Assembly: GCA_965214805.1 (NCBI GenBank)
Contig: OZ243982.1
Location: 1,237,116 to 1,301,115 of the forward strand
Reading direction: 5' to 3'
Length of the DNA: 64,000 bases
Origin: Thermoanaerobaculia bacterium
GTDB taxonomy: Bacteria > Acidobacteriota > Thermoanaerobaculia > Multivoradales > Multivoraceae
The stretch's first letter is position 1; each line of letters begins with the position of its first letter. Below the pieces are notes generated by a model that saw only the letters and a program-made list of their open reading frames with translations, did no database searches and was not told where the DNA came from. Both the position numbers and the translations under genes were made by a program. Positions 52,259 to 62,189 of this stretch are shown piece by piece.

Positions 52259-54802
52259 ATGATCGTTCTGAAGTTCGGCGGCTCCTCCGTGGCCGATGCA
52301 TCCCGTCTCCTGGCCGCCGCCGGCATCGTGCGGCGGCGAGTCGGAGGCTCCGCGGCGAACGGCGCGGTGGTGGTTTCCGCCCTTGGCGGCGTCACGGACC
52401 GGCTGCTGCGGATGGCAGCCATTGCCCTGGATGGAGGGCATCCGGCTGAAGCGGCGCGCGAGTCGGCGGCACTGCGCGCACACCATCTGGACATCGCAGC
52501 ACAGGTAGCGGCCGAGGACGATCGACCGGCCCTGGCGGCCACGGTCGAGTCCCTCTGCGACGATCTTGCCGCGGCGGTGCGCAACTGCGCACCCGGCGCG
52601 GACAAGGAGGTCCGCTCGAAGGAGGCCCTGGTCGACCGGGTCGTCTGCCACGGCGAGCTCCTTTCGACCCAACTCCTGGCGGCCGCCCTGCGCACCGCCG
52701 GACTGCCCGCCGAGGCCTGCGACGCGCGTCCCCTGGTGTCGACGGACCGCTCGTTCCAGGCAGCAACGGTCGATCTGGAACCGACCCTGGACGCGATCGC
52801 CGTTCATTTCGGGAACCTCGGGCCCGAGGCTCCGCTGCAGGTCGTGACCGGCTTCCTGGGCAGCAGTCCGGACGGTCAGACCACGACCCTGGGGCGCAGC
52901 GGATCCGACCTCACCGCCTCGCTCGTCGGCGCAGCGGTCGATGCCGAGCGCATCGAGATCTGGACCGACGTTCCGGGGGTCATGACGGCCGACCCCCGAC
53001 GCGTGGAGGACGCGCTGCCGATACCGCGACTGAGCTACGAGGAGATGCTCGAACTCTCGCACTTCGGCGCCAAGGTGGTCTATCCGCCGACGGTGACGCC
53101 GGCGCGCCGCAGAGGCATTCCGCTGCTGATCCGCAACACTCTCGATCCCGAACACCCCGGAACCGTCATCGACGCCGGCGGCGAGATGAGGAAGCGAGCC
53201 CGCGGCACGGCAGTCACGGGCATCTCCTCGATCGACGACGTCCATCTGATGCTCCTGGTCGGCGACAATCTGGTCGGCACGCCGGGAGTCGCCGCGCGCC
53301 TCTTCGACGCCCTGGCCGCCTGCAGCGCCAGCGCGATCCTGATCTCCCAGGCCTCGAGCGAACACTCGATCTGCTTCGCGGTGGCGCCAGGCGTGTCCGA
53401 GGCGGTACGGCATGCCGTCGACGCCGAGTTCCAGGCCGAGATCGCGGCCGGGTCGGTGCGACCCCTGAGGGTCGAGCGGAACCAGTCGATCCTGGCCGTC
53501 GTCGGCGACGGCATGCGCGATCGGCCCGGCATCGCCGGTCGCGTCTTCGGCATCCTGGGCCGGCGCAGCGTCAACGTGAGGGCGGTAGCCCAGGGATCGT
53601 CGGAACGGAACATCTCGATGGTCGTGGCCCGAGCCGACGAGGGCCGGGCGGTGCGCTGGATCCACCGGGAGTTCTTTCATCGCGCCGCCTCCGGCCGGCT
53701 CGCCGTTTACGTGCTCGGCGTCGGCGGCGTAGGGTCGGCTCTCCTCCGGCAACTCGACGCCGAACGGGACGCGCTTGCGCGCCAGGGAGTCGATCTCCAG
53801 TTGCGGGGCCTGGCCAGTTCTCGCCACATGCGCCTCCAGGCCCGCCGCGGCAGGAGCCTCGATCCCGGCGGCGCCCGGGATCCCGAGGGTTGGCGGTCCA
53901 CGCTCGAGCGGAACGGCGAAACGGCGGACGTCGACCGACTGCTGGAACACCTCGGCGAAACCGCGGCCGGCGGCGGCCGTACCGTACTCGTCGACGTCAC
54001 GGCAAACGACTCCATGGGCGCCCTCTACCACCGCGTCCTCGCCGCCGGCGCCGCTGTCGCCAGTGCGAACAAGCTTCCCTTCGCCGGGCCGATCGCGGAC
54101 TTTCGCGCCTTCCGCCCGCCGGGCGCTCGGCACGTCTTCCACGAGGCGACCGTCGGCGCCGGCCTGCCGGTGCTCCACACCGCCGACATGCTGCTCGGCG
54201 CCGGCGACCGCATCGAACAGATATACGGCGTGTTCTCGGGCACGCTTGCCTATCTGACCGGGAAGCTCGGCGCCGGCAGCGTGTGGAGCGAAGCTGTCCG
54301 GGAGGCCCACAGCCTCGGCTACACGGAACCCGACCCCCGGGACGACTTGGGCGGCCTGGACGTGGCCCGCAAGCTGCTGATCCTGGCCCGGATCTGCGGC
54401 TGCGATCTCGATCTGGGCGACGTCGAGGTCGAGCCCATGCTCGACCGGCCCGACCTCGCCGGCCTGCCGCTGGACGCCTGGTGGGAGCGGCTTGCCGAAG
54501 CCGACGACGATATGGCGTCCCGTTTCGCCGAAGCCGCGTCGGAGGGGCTCGAACTCGTCTACCTGGCCGAACTGGATACCTCCGGCGAGACGGCCGCCGC
54601 CCGCGTCGGACTGCGCGCCGTGCGCTTTGACCATCCGGTCGCGGGGATGCAGGCTTCGGACAACATGTTCGTCTTTCGCAGTCGGCGCTATCGGGAGCGC
54701 CCTCTGGTGGTCCAGGGGCCGGGCGCCGGCGCCGAACTGACCGCGGGAGGCGTGTTCGCCGACATCCTCCGCGCCTGGACGGAGAGGGGATTCGCCCAAT
54801 GA
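52259..54802 (+). CDS. thrA: Bifunctional aspartokinase / homoserine dehydrogenase
   Basis: 847 aa; aspartokinase N-terminus (MIVLKFGGSSVAD), two ACT domains, C-terminal homoserine dehydrogenase (VYVLGVGGVGSALL NAD-binding site). Confidence 0.95.
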   Translation: MIVLKFGGSSVADASRLLAAAGIVRRRVGGSAANGAVVVSALGGVTDRLLRMAAIALDGGHPAEAARESAALRAHHLDIAAQVAAEDDRPALAATVESLCDDLAAAVRNCAPGADKEVRSKEALVDRVVCHGELLSTQLLAAALRTAGLPAEACDARPLVSTDRSFQAATVDLEPTLDAIAVHFGNLGPEAPLQVVTGFLGSSPDGQTTTLGRSGSDLTASLVGAAVDAERIEIWTDVPGVMTADPRRVEDALPIPRLSYEEMLELSHFGAKVVYPPTVTPARRRGIPLLIRNTLDPEHPGTVIDAGGEMRKRARGTAVTGISSIDDVHLMLLVGDNLVGTPGVAARLFDALAACSASAILISQASSEHSICFAVAPGVSEAVRHAVDAEFQAEIAAGSVRPLRVERNQSILAVVGDGMRDRPGIAGRVFGILGRRSVNVRAVAQGSSERNISMVVARADEGRAVRWIHREFFHRAASGRLAVYVLGVGGVGSALLRQLDAERDALARQGVDLQLRGLASSRHMRLQARRGRSLDPGGARDPEGWRSTLERNGETADVDRLLEHLGETAAGGGRTVLVDVTANDSMGALYHRVLAAGAAVASANKLPFAGPIADFRAFRPPGARHVFHEATVGAGLPVLHTADMLLGAGDRIEQIYGVFSGTLAYLTGKLGAGSVWSEAVREAHSLGYTEPDPRDDLGGLDVARKLLILARICGCDLDLGDVEVEPMLDRPDLAGLPLDAWWERLAEADDDMASRFAEAASEGLELVYLAELDTSGETAAARVGLRAVRFDHPVAGMQASDNMFVFRSRRYRERPLVVQGPGAGAELTAGGVFADILRAWTERGFAQ

Positions 54803-54899
54803 CCCTTGCCTGTCGAGCCGCCGTGGAACCTGTCGGACGATGCCTGCGCAGAGCGAACTGGACGGGCCACGGTGTCGACCGCAAGCCGCGCGCGCAGCC

Positions 54900-55973
54900 A
54901 TGACGACTCGAAGCGAGCTCCTGAGCGCCGCCGTGCTCGGCGCGACCGGCACCGTGGGCCAGCGGTTCGTCACCTTGCTGACCGGGCATCCCTGGTTCGA
55001 GTTGACCGCGCTGGCCGCATCCGAGCGTTCGGCGGGGAAGGCCTACCGCGACTCGGTCACCTGGATTCAGACCCGGCCGCTCGACGAACGGGTCGCGGCG
55101 CTGCCGGTGCACACGATCAACGAGCTGGCGGACCGCGACTTCGACGTCGTCTTCTCGGCCCTGGACGCCAGCGTGGCGAAGGACATCGAACCCGAGTTCG
55201 CCCGCCGCTGCCTGGTGGTCACGAACGCCAGCGCCCACCGCATGGACGAAGGCGTCCCGCTGCTCGTGCCCGAAGTGAATCCGGATCACCTCGCGCTGCT
55301 GCCCCCGGCCCGGGACGGCGCCGACCTGCCCAGCGGCATCATCGCCAACCCGAACTGTTCGACGATCGGGCTGGTGCTGGCGCTCAAGCCCCTGGCCGCC
55401 GCGTTCGGCTTCGACCGCATCTCCGTGGTCACCCTGCAGGCGGTATCCGGCGCCGGCCTGCCCGGCATCTCGAGCTACCAGATCCTGGACAACGTCATTC
55501 CCTGGATACCGAGCGAGGAGGAGAAGCTCGAGATCGAGACCGGGAAGATCCTGGGCCGCCTGAGAGGCGGCACGATCGAGCCGAGCCGGCTCGCGGTATC
55601 GGCCCAGTGCAACCGGATCCCCGTGGTCGACGGACACACCCTCTGCGTCTCGGTCGATCTGAAGGGTGAACCGACGCTCGAAGATGTCCGGGAGGCGTGG
55701 AGGTCGTTCCGCTCCGTGCCGCAGGAACTCGGCCTGCCGTCGGCGCCGGCGCAACCGATCGTGTATCTCGGCGACGACACCCCGCCGCAGGCGCGTCTGC
55801 ACCGTGACCTCGGCCAGGGCATGACGACTTCCATCGGACGGTTGCGCGAGTGCCCCATCCTCGGCTACCGCTTCGTAGCCCTGTCGCACAACACCCTGAG
55901 GGGCGCTGCGGGCGGGGCGCTGCTGGCCGCGGAACTCGCTGTCGCCCGTTGCGCCAGGCAGAGCGCCGAATGA
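54900..55973 (+). CDS. asd: Aspartate-semialdehyde dehydrogenase
   Basis: ATG at 54900 (MTTRSELLSAAVLGATGTVGQRF); active-site Cys in NPNCSTIGL. Confidence 0.9.
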   Translation: MTTRSELLSAAVLGATGTVGQRFVTLLTGHPWFELTALAASERSAGKAYRDSVTWIQTRPLDERVAALPVHTINELADRDFDVVFSALDASVAKDIEPEFARRCLVVTNASAHRMDEGVPLLVPEVNPDHLALLPPARDGADLPSGIIANPNCSTIGLVLALKPLAAAFGFDRISVVTLQAVSGAGLPGISSYQILDNVIPWIPSEEEKLEIETGKILGRLRGGTIEPSRLAVSAQCNRIPVVDGHTLCVSVDLKGEPTLEDVREAWRSFRSVPQELGLPSAPAQPIVYLGDDTPPQARLHRDLGQGMTTSIGRLRECPILGYRFVALSHNTLRGAAGGALLAAELAVARCARQSAE

Positions 55974-56965
55974 GCCGCTCGGCGAAGGCCTGGGCCCCGG
56001 CCTCGGTTTCGAACATCGCCTGCGGCTTCGACATCCTGGGATTCGCCCTGCAGTCGGGGAGCACCTGTACTTCCGGTCCGGGGGACGTGGTCACGGCGAC
56101 CGAACGCGAGGACGCGGAAGGCTGCCGCCCGGTCCGCATCACGGCCATTGCAGGCGACGACGGGCGGCTGCCGCTGCAGCCGAAGCGCAACACCGCCGCG
56201 GTCGCCGCCGCGGCGCTGATCGAGGCCGAAGCGCCTGGCGCCATCGTCGACCTGAAGCTGGAGAAACGCATGCCTCTCGAGAGCGGCCTCGGTTCGAGCG
56301 CCGCCAGCGCGGTGGCCGCAGTCGTCGCGGTCGACGCGCTGCTGGGCCTTGCCCTGCCGCCGGCGGCTCTGCTTCGGTACGCGCTTGCCGGGGAGATTCT
56401 GGCCAGCGGCGGCGCCCACGCGGACAACCTGGCCCCCTCCCTCCTTGGCGGCATCGTCCTGGTCCGTTCGCTGGACCCGAAACCGGATGTGGTCACGCTG
56501 CCAGTGCCCGAAGGTCTGACCTGCGCGCTTGCCCGCCCCCATACCCGGGTCAATACCTGCGAATCGCGCGCCCGGCTCGGCCGCCATCTGCCGCTTGGGC
56601 GCGCGGTGACCCAGTGGGGAAACGCCGCGGCTCTGGTGGCGTCTCTCTACCGCAACGACCTGGAGCTGCTTTCACGTTCCCTTGTCGACGTGGTCGCCGA
56701 GCCTGTCCGGGGACCGTACGTGGCCGGATTCCACGAAGCGAAGAGGGCTGCGATCGAATCCGGCGCCCTCGGTTGCAGTCTGTCCGGCAGCGGCCCGGCC
56801 CTGTTCGCTCTCTGCGACGGCAGGGACCGCGGCCGGGAGGTCGCGACGGCGATGGCGACGGCCATCGAGAAAGCGGCCGGGGTCGAATGCGACCGGCTCG
56901 TGTCGCCGCTCCCAGCCCCGGGGGCCCGGTTCATCGACGACCGCGACGAGGAAGAACGGTCCTGA
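55970..56965 (+). CDS. thrB: Homoserine kinase (GHMP family)
   Basis: ATG at 55970 overlapping the asd stop (ATGA); GHMP motif PLESGLGSSAASAVAAV. Confidence 0.85.
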   Translation: MSRSAKAWAPASVSNIACGFDILGFALQSGSTCTSGPGDVVTATEREDAEGCRPVRITAIAGDDGRLPLQPKRNTAAVAAAALIEAEAPGAIVDLKLEKRMPLESGLGSSAASAVAAVVAVDALLGLALPPAALLRYALAGEILASGGAHADNLAPSLLGGIVLVRSLDPKPDVVTLPVPEGLTCALARPHTRVNTCESRARLGRHLPLGRAVTQWGNAAALVASLYRNDLELLSRSLVDVVAEPVRGPYVAGFHEAKRAAIESGALGCSLSGSGPALFALCDGRDRGREVATAMATAIEKAAGVECDRLVSPLPAPGARFIDDRDEEERS

Positions 56966-56967
56966 GC

Positions 56968-58299
56968 GTGCGATTCGTGAGCACCGGCGGGCAGGCGCCG
57001 GCGGCCACGCTGGGCCAGGCGCTGCTCGAGGGCCCGGCCCCGGACGGGGGCCTGTACGTGCCCGCGCGCCTGAAGGCACTGACGGCAGAACAGATGGACC
57101 AGCTGAAGTCCATGCCCCTGATCGGCATCGCGAGCATCCTCGGCGGCCGCCTGTTCGGCGCCGAGGTACCGGAAGACGAACTCGCCGCACTGGTCGAAGA
57201 CGCCCTCGACTTTCCCATCCCCCTCATCGAGATCGAACCGGACATCTTCTGCCTGGAGCTGTTCCACGGACCGACGCTGGCATTCAAGGACATAGCTGCG
57301 CGGGTCATGGCTCGGCTCATGTCGCGCCTGGTCGAGGCCGACGACGCGGCCGGCGGCCCGCCCATCACCGTCGTCGCGGCGACCAGCGGCGACACCGGCA
57401 GCGCGGTAGCCCATGCATTCAGCGGCGTCGCCGGCTTCCGGGTCTGCGTGCTCTACCCGCGGGGACTCGTGACCGAAGCCCAGCGTCGACTGTTCACGAC
57501 CCTCGGCGGCAACGTGACCGCGGTCGCCGTCGCGGGGACATTCGACGACTGCCAGCGGCTCGCCCGGGCCGCGTTCGCGGACCGGGCGCTGCGGCAACTG
57601 CGGCCTCTCGCTTCCGCCAACTCGCTCAACGTCGGCCGGCTGCTGCCGCAGGTCTTCTACTACTTTCACGCTTGGGCGCAGCTGCCCCCGGCGCCATCCG
57701 CCGACTCGGCCACCCCGCTGGTCTTCTCGATCCCCAGCGGCAACTTCGGCAATCTGACTGCCGGCCTCGTCGCCAGACGGATCGGTCTTCCCGTTTCCCG
57801 CTTCGTCGCGGCCACCAACATCAACGACGTGGTGCCCGCGTACCTGCAAAGCGGCCTCTACGCGCCCCGCGCTTCGGCCGCCACGATCTCGAACGCGATG
57901 GACGTGGGCGATCCGAGCAACTTCGCCCGCATTCGTCATCTGTACTCGGACCGAGGCGATCCCCTGGAAGCCCTTCGCCGCGACCTGGCGGGCCGCTCTT
58001 TCGACGATCGGACCACACGGCGCGCGATGCGCGGCATGCGGGAGAACCACGGCTACCTCATGGACCCGCACACGGCGGTCGGCTACCTCGGCCTGAAGCA
58101 GGAACTCGACGCCCTGGGCGGCGGCATCGGAGTCGTGCTGGCAACGGCGCATCCGGCAAAGTTCGACGACGTGATCCGTGACGTCATCGGCATCGCGCCG
58201 CCTGTTCCAACCGCGCTCGAGCGCTGCGCCGACCTGCCCGAGCGGATCATCGAGATTCCGGCAGCGGATCAGGCTCTGCGAGAGGTTCTGCTCGCGTAG
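56968..58299 (+). CDS. thrC: Threonine synthase (PLP-dependent)
   Basis: GTG at 56968, 3 nt after the thrB stop (VRFVSTGGQAPAATLGQALLEGPAPDGGLYVP); PLP-lysine context FHGPTLAFKD. Confidence 0.9.
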   Translation: MRFVSTGGQAPAATLGQALLEGPAPDGGLYVPARLKALTAEQMDQLKSMPLIGIASILGGRLFGAEVPEDELAALVEDALDFPIPLIEIEPDIFCLELFHGPTLAFKDIAARVMARLMSRLVEADDAAGGPPITVVAATSGDTGSAVAHAFSGVAGFRVCVLYPRGLVTEAQRRLFTTLGGNVTAVAVAGTFDDCQRLARAAFADRALRQLRPLASANSLNVGRLLPQVFYYFHAWAQLPPAPSADSATPLVFSIPSGNFGNLTAGLVARRIGLPVSRFVAATNINDVVPAYLQSGLYAPRASAATISNAMDVGDPSNFARIRHLYSDRGDPLEALRRDLAGRSFDDRTTRRAMRGMRENHGYLMDPHTAVGYLGLKQELDALGGGIGVVLATAHPAKFDDVIRDVIGIAPPVPTALERCADLPERIIEIPAADQALREVLLA

Positions 58300-58399
58300 T
58301 CGGCGTCTGTCGTGGACCCAGGGCGCCGCCGGTTTCGCTCGCCGACCTGGAGGGGAGCGGCAGGTCTTCCTGTGCTCCGGGTCTTCGGTCCCGCAGCCG

Positions 58400-59488
58400 T
58401 CAGCCCGGTGACCGGGACCTGGCACGACCGGGATCCAGGGGCGTGCAGACGAACCCGGTCCGTTCTCGAGAGCGGCTGACGGAGCCGCGGTCCCGGTCCG
58501 ACGGAGTGACGAGCTGACCCTCCACCTCCAACCCTGACGGCACATGAACCCCTGGCGCCACGACGGTCTCCCGCAGACAGGCCGCCGCACCCACCCGAGC
58601 GCCAGGCATCAGTACACTCCGCTCCACCAGCGCACCAGCGCCCAGGCGGCAGCCGCTTTCGACCACGCTGTGTTCGATGACCGCGCCGCGCTCCGCCGCC
58701 ACACCCGGCGCCAGGTAGCGGCGGCGCCTTCTGCGGCCGCCGGCGCTGCGGCCCCAGTCGAGCGCCCCGTCCAGGTAGCGGCGCGGGGTGCCCAGGTCGT
58801 GCCAGCGGCGACGGCAGCCAAAGCCGACGATCCGGGCCCCTGATTCCAGCAGGGGCTGGTAGAGACCCTCGACGATGTCGCTGGAGGCCAGGCGCCCGGG
58901 AATGGCGTCGAGGAGGACCCGGCGCGACAGGACGTGCAGACCCTGAAAGGTCCGCTTGCGGCCGCGAACAGAGCCGATCCCAAGGTCGCGGAGCCCGGTG
59001 ACGATCCCCCGGCTGTCGACCTCCACGCCGCCGCCAAGACGCCGGTTCGGTGCATCGCGGCCAAGCTGCAGGGTCACGTCGGCGCCGCTTCGCCGGTGGC
59101 GGGCCAGCGCGTCGAGGATCGGCCAGCGGCACAGCGAGTCGCCGTTGACCAGGACGATGTCGTCGCCTTCGACCAGGAAGTCGCGCAGATTGACGACCGC
59201 TCCCAGGGTTCCCAGCAACTCCGGCTCGACGGCGAAGGTCAGCTCGATTCCCCGTTCACCGGCCTCGGCCTCCAGGGCACGCCTCACAGACCCTGCCAGA
59301 TGGTGCAGGTTGACCGCCGTCTCGCAGCCGGCACGATGGAGGATGTCGATCGTGCGCATGGCCACCGGGCGGCCGGCAACGGGGAGAAGCGGCTTGGCCA
59401 GCAAGTCGGTCAGAGGCCGCAGACGCTCGCCCCGCCCGGCGCAGAGCACGAGCGCCCGCACCCGCGAACCACTCCGAACGCCCGTCAT
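58400..59488 (-). CDS. Sugar-phosphate nucleotidyltransferase (NTP_transferase domain plus C-terminal left-handed beta-helix; mannose-1-P guanylyltransferase / GlmU-N-like)
   Basis: 362 aa from ATG at 59488; ALVLCAGRGERLRPLTDLLAKPLLPV is the G-x-G-T/E-R-L nucleotide-binding signature; hexapeptide-repeat C-terminus. Confidence 0.8.
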   Translation of the reverse strand: MTGVRSGSRVRALVLCAGRGERLRPLTDLLAKPLLPVAGRPVAMRTIDILHRAGCETAVNLHHLAGSVRRALEAEAGERGIELTFAVEPELLGTLGAVVNLRDFLVEGDDIVLVNGDSLCRWPILDALARHRRSGADVTLQLGRDAPNRRLGGGVEVDSRGIVTGLRDLGIGSVRGRKRTFQGLHVLSRRVLLDAIPGRLASSDIVEGLYQPLLESGARIVGFGCRRRWHDLGTPRRYLDGALDWGRSAGGRRRRRRYLAPGVAAERGAVIEHSVVESGCRLGAGALVERSVLMPGARVGAAACLRETVVAPGVHVPSGLEVEGQLVTPSDRDRGSVSRSRERTGFVCTPLDPGRARSRSPG

Positions 59489-60081
59489 CAGCCGCCCCGA
59501 GGAAAGACCATGTCCCGCGGCAGATCGGGCCACATCTTCCTGCGGGCGCGATAGAGAGCCAGGTAGTCCTCCGGCACGGAACGCTCGACGTCGAGGCCGC
59601 AGCGCCTGCAGACATCCCTGATCCCCTCCCCGACCCGGTCGGCCGGCAATTCGCCTCCGAGTTCCTCCACCTCGACGAAGCGGCCCACGGGCGTCGTGTC
59701 GAGAGACACCTCGCAGCCAAGCAGACGCCAAGTCTCCCGCACCTTCTCGTACCGCACCGCGACCCCGTACCCCAGTGACTCCAGCAGCAGCCGTGCGGCG
59801 TCCAGGTCGTCCACCGCGATCTCGTGTTCCAGCCGCTCCTTCACGCCGTCCACGAAGCGAGGGGCCGACTTGAAGGTCAGCCGGTTTCCGGCGCCGTCGG
59901 AACGCAGGCGCAACAGCTCGCTGCGGGAGCGAAGACGTTGCTCCACAGGCGCGTCGACCAGGTCGAACACCAGGTTCGACTCGAGACTTGCAGGCCGTTG
60001 CAGATCTGCTCCCGCACGCCGCAGCCGTTCCCGGACGGCATCCAGGTCGGCGACCGGGATCTTGACTTCGCGCTCGTTCAA
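59488..60081 (-). CDS. CYTH-domain protein (CyaB/thiamine-triphosphatase-like triphosphate tunnel metalloenzyme)
   Basis: 197 aa; N-terminal EVKIPV (ExExK-type), the beta-barrel tunnel pattern with conserved acidic/basic residues, and LEHEIAV; its stop shares its A with the downstream ATG (TGATG) and its start overlaps the M20 stop. Confidence 0.75.
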   Translation of the reverse strand: MNEREVKIPVADLDAVRERLRRAGADLQRPASLESNLVFDLVDAPVEQRLRSRSELLRLRSDGAGNRLTFKSAPRFVDGVKERLEHEIAVDDLDAARLLLESLGYGVAVRYEKVRETWRLLGCEVSLDTTPVGRFVEVEELGGELPADRVGEGIRDVCRRCGLDVERSVPEDYLALYRARRKMWPDLPRDMVFPRGG

Positions 60082-61493
60082 GCGCCGGAGCGGACGGGGC
60101 TCTCCCCGCAGTCCCCGAGGCGATCGAGGACCCGGACCACGGTGCGAATGCCCTGGTGGAAATTGACCAGGTCCATCTTCTCGTTCGGCGCGTGCAAGCG
60201 GTCGTCCGAGAGCCCGAACCCGACCAGCAGGACCGGCGCTGCGAGTACCTCCGACAACGTCGAGACGATCGGAATCGAACCCCCCTCCCGGACCCGGACC
60301 GGCGCCCGGCCCCAGGCCTCCCGGATGCCCTCGAGAGCCGCATCGACGAGCGGTCCTTCAAGGTCCACGAGCACCGGCGGCGCGCCGTTCAGATTCTCCA
60401 CCTCCACCTCGATGCCGGGAGGCGCCAGCGAACGCATGTACGCCGCGAAGGCGGAAAACAGCCTCTCCGGTTCCTGGTCGGGCACGAGCCGCATGGACAC
60501 CTTGGCGCCGGCGCGGTTGGCGATCACGGTCTTGGCTCCCGGACCCTGGTAGCCGCCCCACATCCCGTTCACGTCGCAGGTCGGACGCGCCCAGACCCTC
60601 TCCAGGGTCGTGTAGCCCGCCTCGCCCCACAGGGCGGTCGCACCGATCTCGTCGCCGTACTTCTCTTCGTCGAAGGGCAGTGCGGCGAAGGCGTCACGTT
60701 CTTCGGCGCCCAAAGGCCGCACGTCGTCGTAGAAGCCGGGGATCAGAATCCGCCCGTCCACCGGATCGCGCAGCGCCGCCAGCATCGTTCCCAGGACATT
60801 CAGCGGATTCGCCACGGCGCCGCCGAAGGTGCCGGAGTGAAGGTCCCGTCCCGCCCCGCGCACCCTGACCTCGGTGTAGAGCAGTCCTTTCAGGCCGTAG
60901 AGAACGGACGGCTGGCCGGGTCCGTACATCGACGTATCGGAGACCAACGCCAGGTCGCAGACGAGCCGCTCGTGTGCCGGACTCCTCACGTACGCCTCGA
61001 TCGCTTCGCCGCCGCACTCCTCCTCGCCCTCGATGAGGAACTTCACGTTGACCGGCAGGCTGCCGGTCTCCGTCATCAAGGCCTCGACCGCCTTGATGTG
61101 GGTGAACGACTGGCCCTTGTCGTCCGTGGCGCCGCGGGCCACGATCCGCTCGCCGCGCTCGCCGGTCTCGATGGTCGGCTCGAACGGATCGTTGCGCCAT
61201 TCGTTCAGGGGGTCTACCGGCTGCACGTCGTAGTGGCCGTAGAAGAGAACGGTCGGCCGCCCAGGCGCCCCGAGCCACTCGCCGTAGACCAGAGGATGGC
61301 CTGCGGTCTCGATGATCTCGGCGTCCAGCCCCGCGGTCCGGAGCCGCTCCCGCACGAACTCGGCGCAGCGCCGCACATCTCCGGCGTACGCGGGATCCGT
61401 CGACACGGAGGGGATCCGCAGGTACTCCTTCAACTGTTCGACGCTGGCCCCGGACTCCCGGTCCACGCGCTCCAGAACAGCATCGATACTCAC
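60078..61493 (-). CDS. M20-family metallopeptidase (dipeptidase/ArgE/DapE/CPG2-like)
   Basis: 471 aa; metal-ligand motifs GHYDVQP, ARGATDDKG and EGEEECGG, plus the dimerisation-domain insert. Confidence 0.9.
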   Translation of the reverse strand: MSIDAVLERVDRESGASVEQLKEYLRIPSVSTDPAYAGDVRRCAEFVRERLRTAGLDAEIIETAGHPLVYGEWLGAPGRPTVLFYGHYDVQPVDPLNEWRNDPFEPTIETGERGERIVARGATDDKGQSFTHIKAVEALMTETGSLPVNVKFLIEGEEECGGEAIEAYVRSPAHERLVCDLALVSDTSMYGPGQPSVLYGLKGLLYTEVRVRGAGRDLHSGTFGGAVANPLNVLGTMLAALRDPVDGRILIPGFYDDVRPLGAEERDAFAALPFDEEKYGDEIGATALWGEAGYTTLERVWARPTCDVNGMWGGYQGPGAKTVIANRAGAKVSMRLVPDQEPERLFSAFAAYMRSLAPPGIEVEVENLNGAPPVLVDLEGPLVDAALEGIREAWGRAPVRVREGGSIPIVSTLSEVLAAPVLLVGFGLSDDRLHAPNEKMDLVNFHQGIRTVVRVLDRLGDCGESPVRSGA

Positions 61494-61511
61494 GGGACGG
61501 TCCTGTTGCGG

Positions 61512-62168
61512 TCAGTCATCGAAGCTGCGGCCTGTCTTCTCCCAGTCCGACAGGAACCGGTTCAGTCCGCTGTCCGTCAAGGGATGCCGATAGAGCTGGC
61601 TCAGGATCCTGAACGGCAGGGTGATGACGTCCGCGCCCATCTCCGCCGACAGCACGACGTGCACAGGATGGCGCGCGGAAGCAACCAGGATCTCGGTCTC
61701 GAAATCGTACTGCGAGTAGATCGCAACGACCTGCCGGATCAGACCCATGCCGTCCTGGGCGATGTCGTCGAGCCGACCGACGAAGGGGGATACGTAGGCA
61801 GCCCCCGCCTTCGCCGCCAGCAGAGCCTGCGACGGCGAGAAGCAGAGCGTCACGTTGCAGCGGATGCCTTCGGCGGCAAGACGCTGCACGGCCGTCAGTC
61901 CGGGCGGGCCGAGCGGCACCTTGACCACCACGTTGTCGGCGAGCCCGGCGAGCCGGCGCCCCTGGTCGAGCATGCCTTCGAGATCGACGGCGAGAACCTC
62001 ACCGCTCACCGGGCCGGGCGTCAGTTCGGCGATTTCGCGAACCGTCGGCAGGTACGGCTTGCCCTGCTTCGCGATCAGGCTCGGGTTGGTCGTGACGCCG
62101 TCGACCATGCCCCATTCGAGGCCGGTCTCGATCTCCCCGATGTCAGCGGTGTCAAGAAAGAACTTCAT
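61512..62168 (-). CDS. fsa: Fructose-6-phosphate aldolase / transaldolase (Fsa/TalC subfamily)
   Basis: 218 aa; MKFFLDTADIGEI and the Schiff-base lysine in VVVKVPLGP; short-type Tal/Fsa length. Confidence 0.88.
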   Translation of the reverse strand: MKFFLDTADIGEIETGLEWGMVDGVTTNPSLIAKQGKPYLPTVREIAELTPGPVSGEVLAVDLEGMLDQGRRLAGLADNVVVKVPLGPPGLTAVQRLAAEGIRCNVTLCFSPSQALLAAKAGAAYVSPFVGRLDDIAQDGMGLIRQVVAIYSQYDFETEILVASARHPVHVVLSAEMGADVITLPFRILSQLYRHPLTDSGLNRFLSDWEKTGRSFDD

Positions 62169-62189
62169 GCCGCTCCCGGTTGATCCGCC

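Noticed and set aside
51959-54973. 1004 aa minus-strand ORF
   Set aside because: It is antisense to thrA, which has unambiguous aspartokinase and homoserine dehydrogenase motifs.
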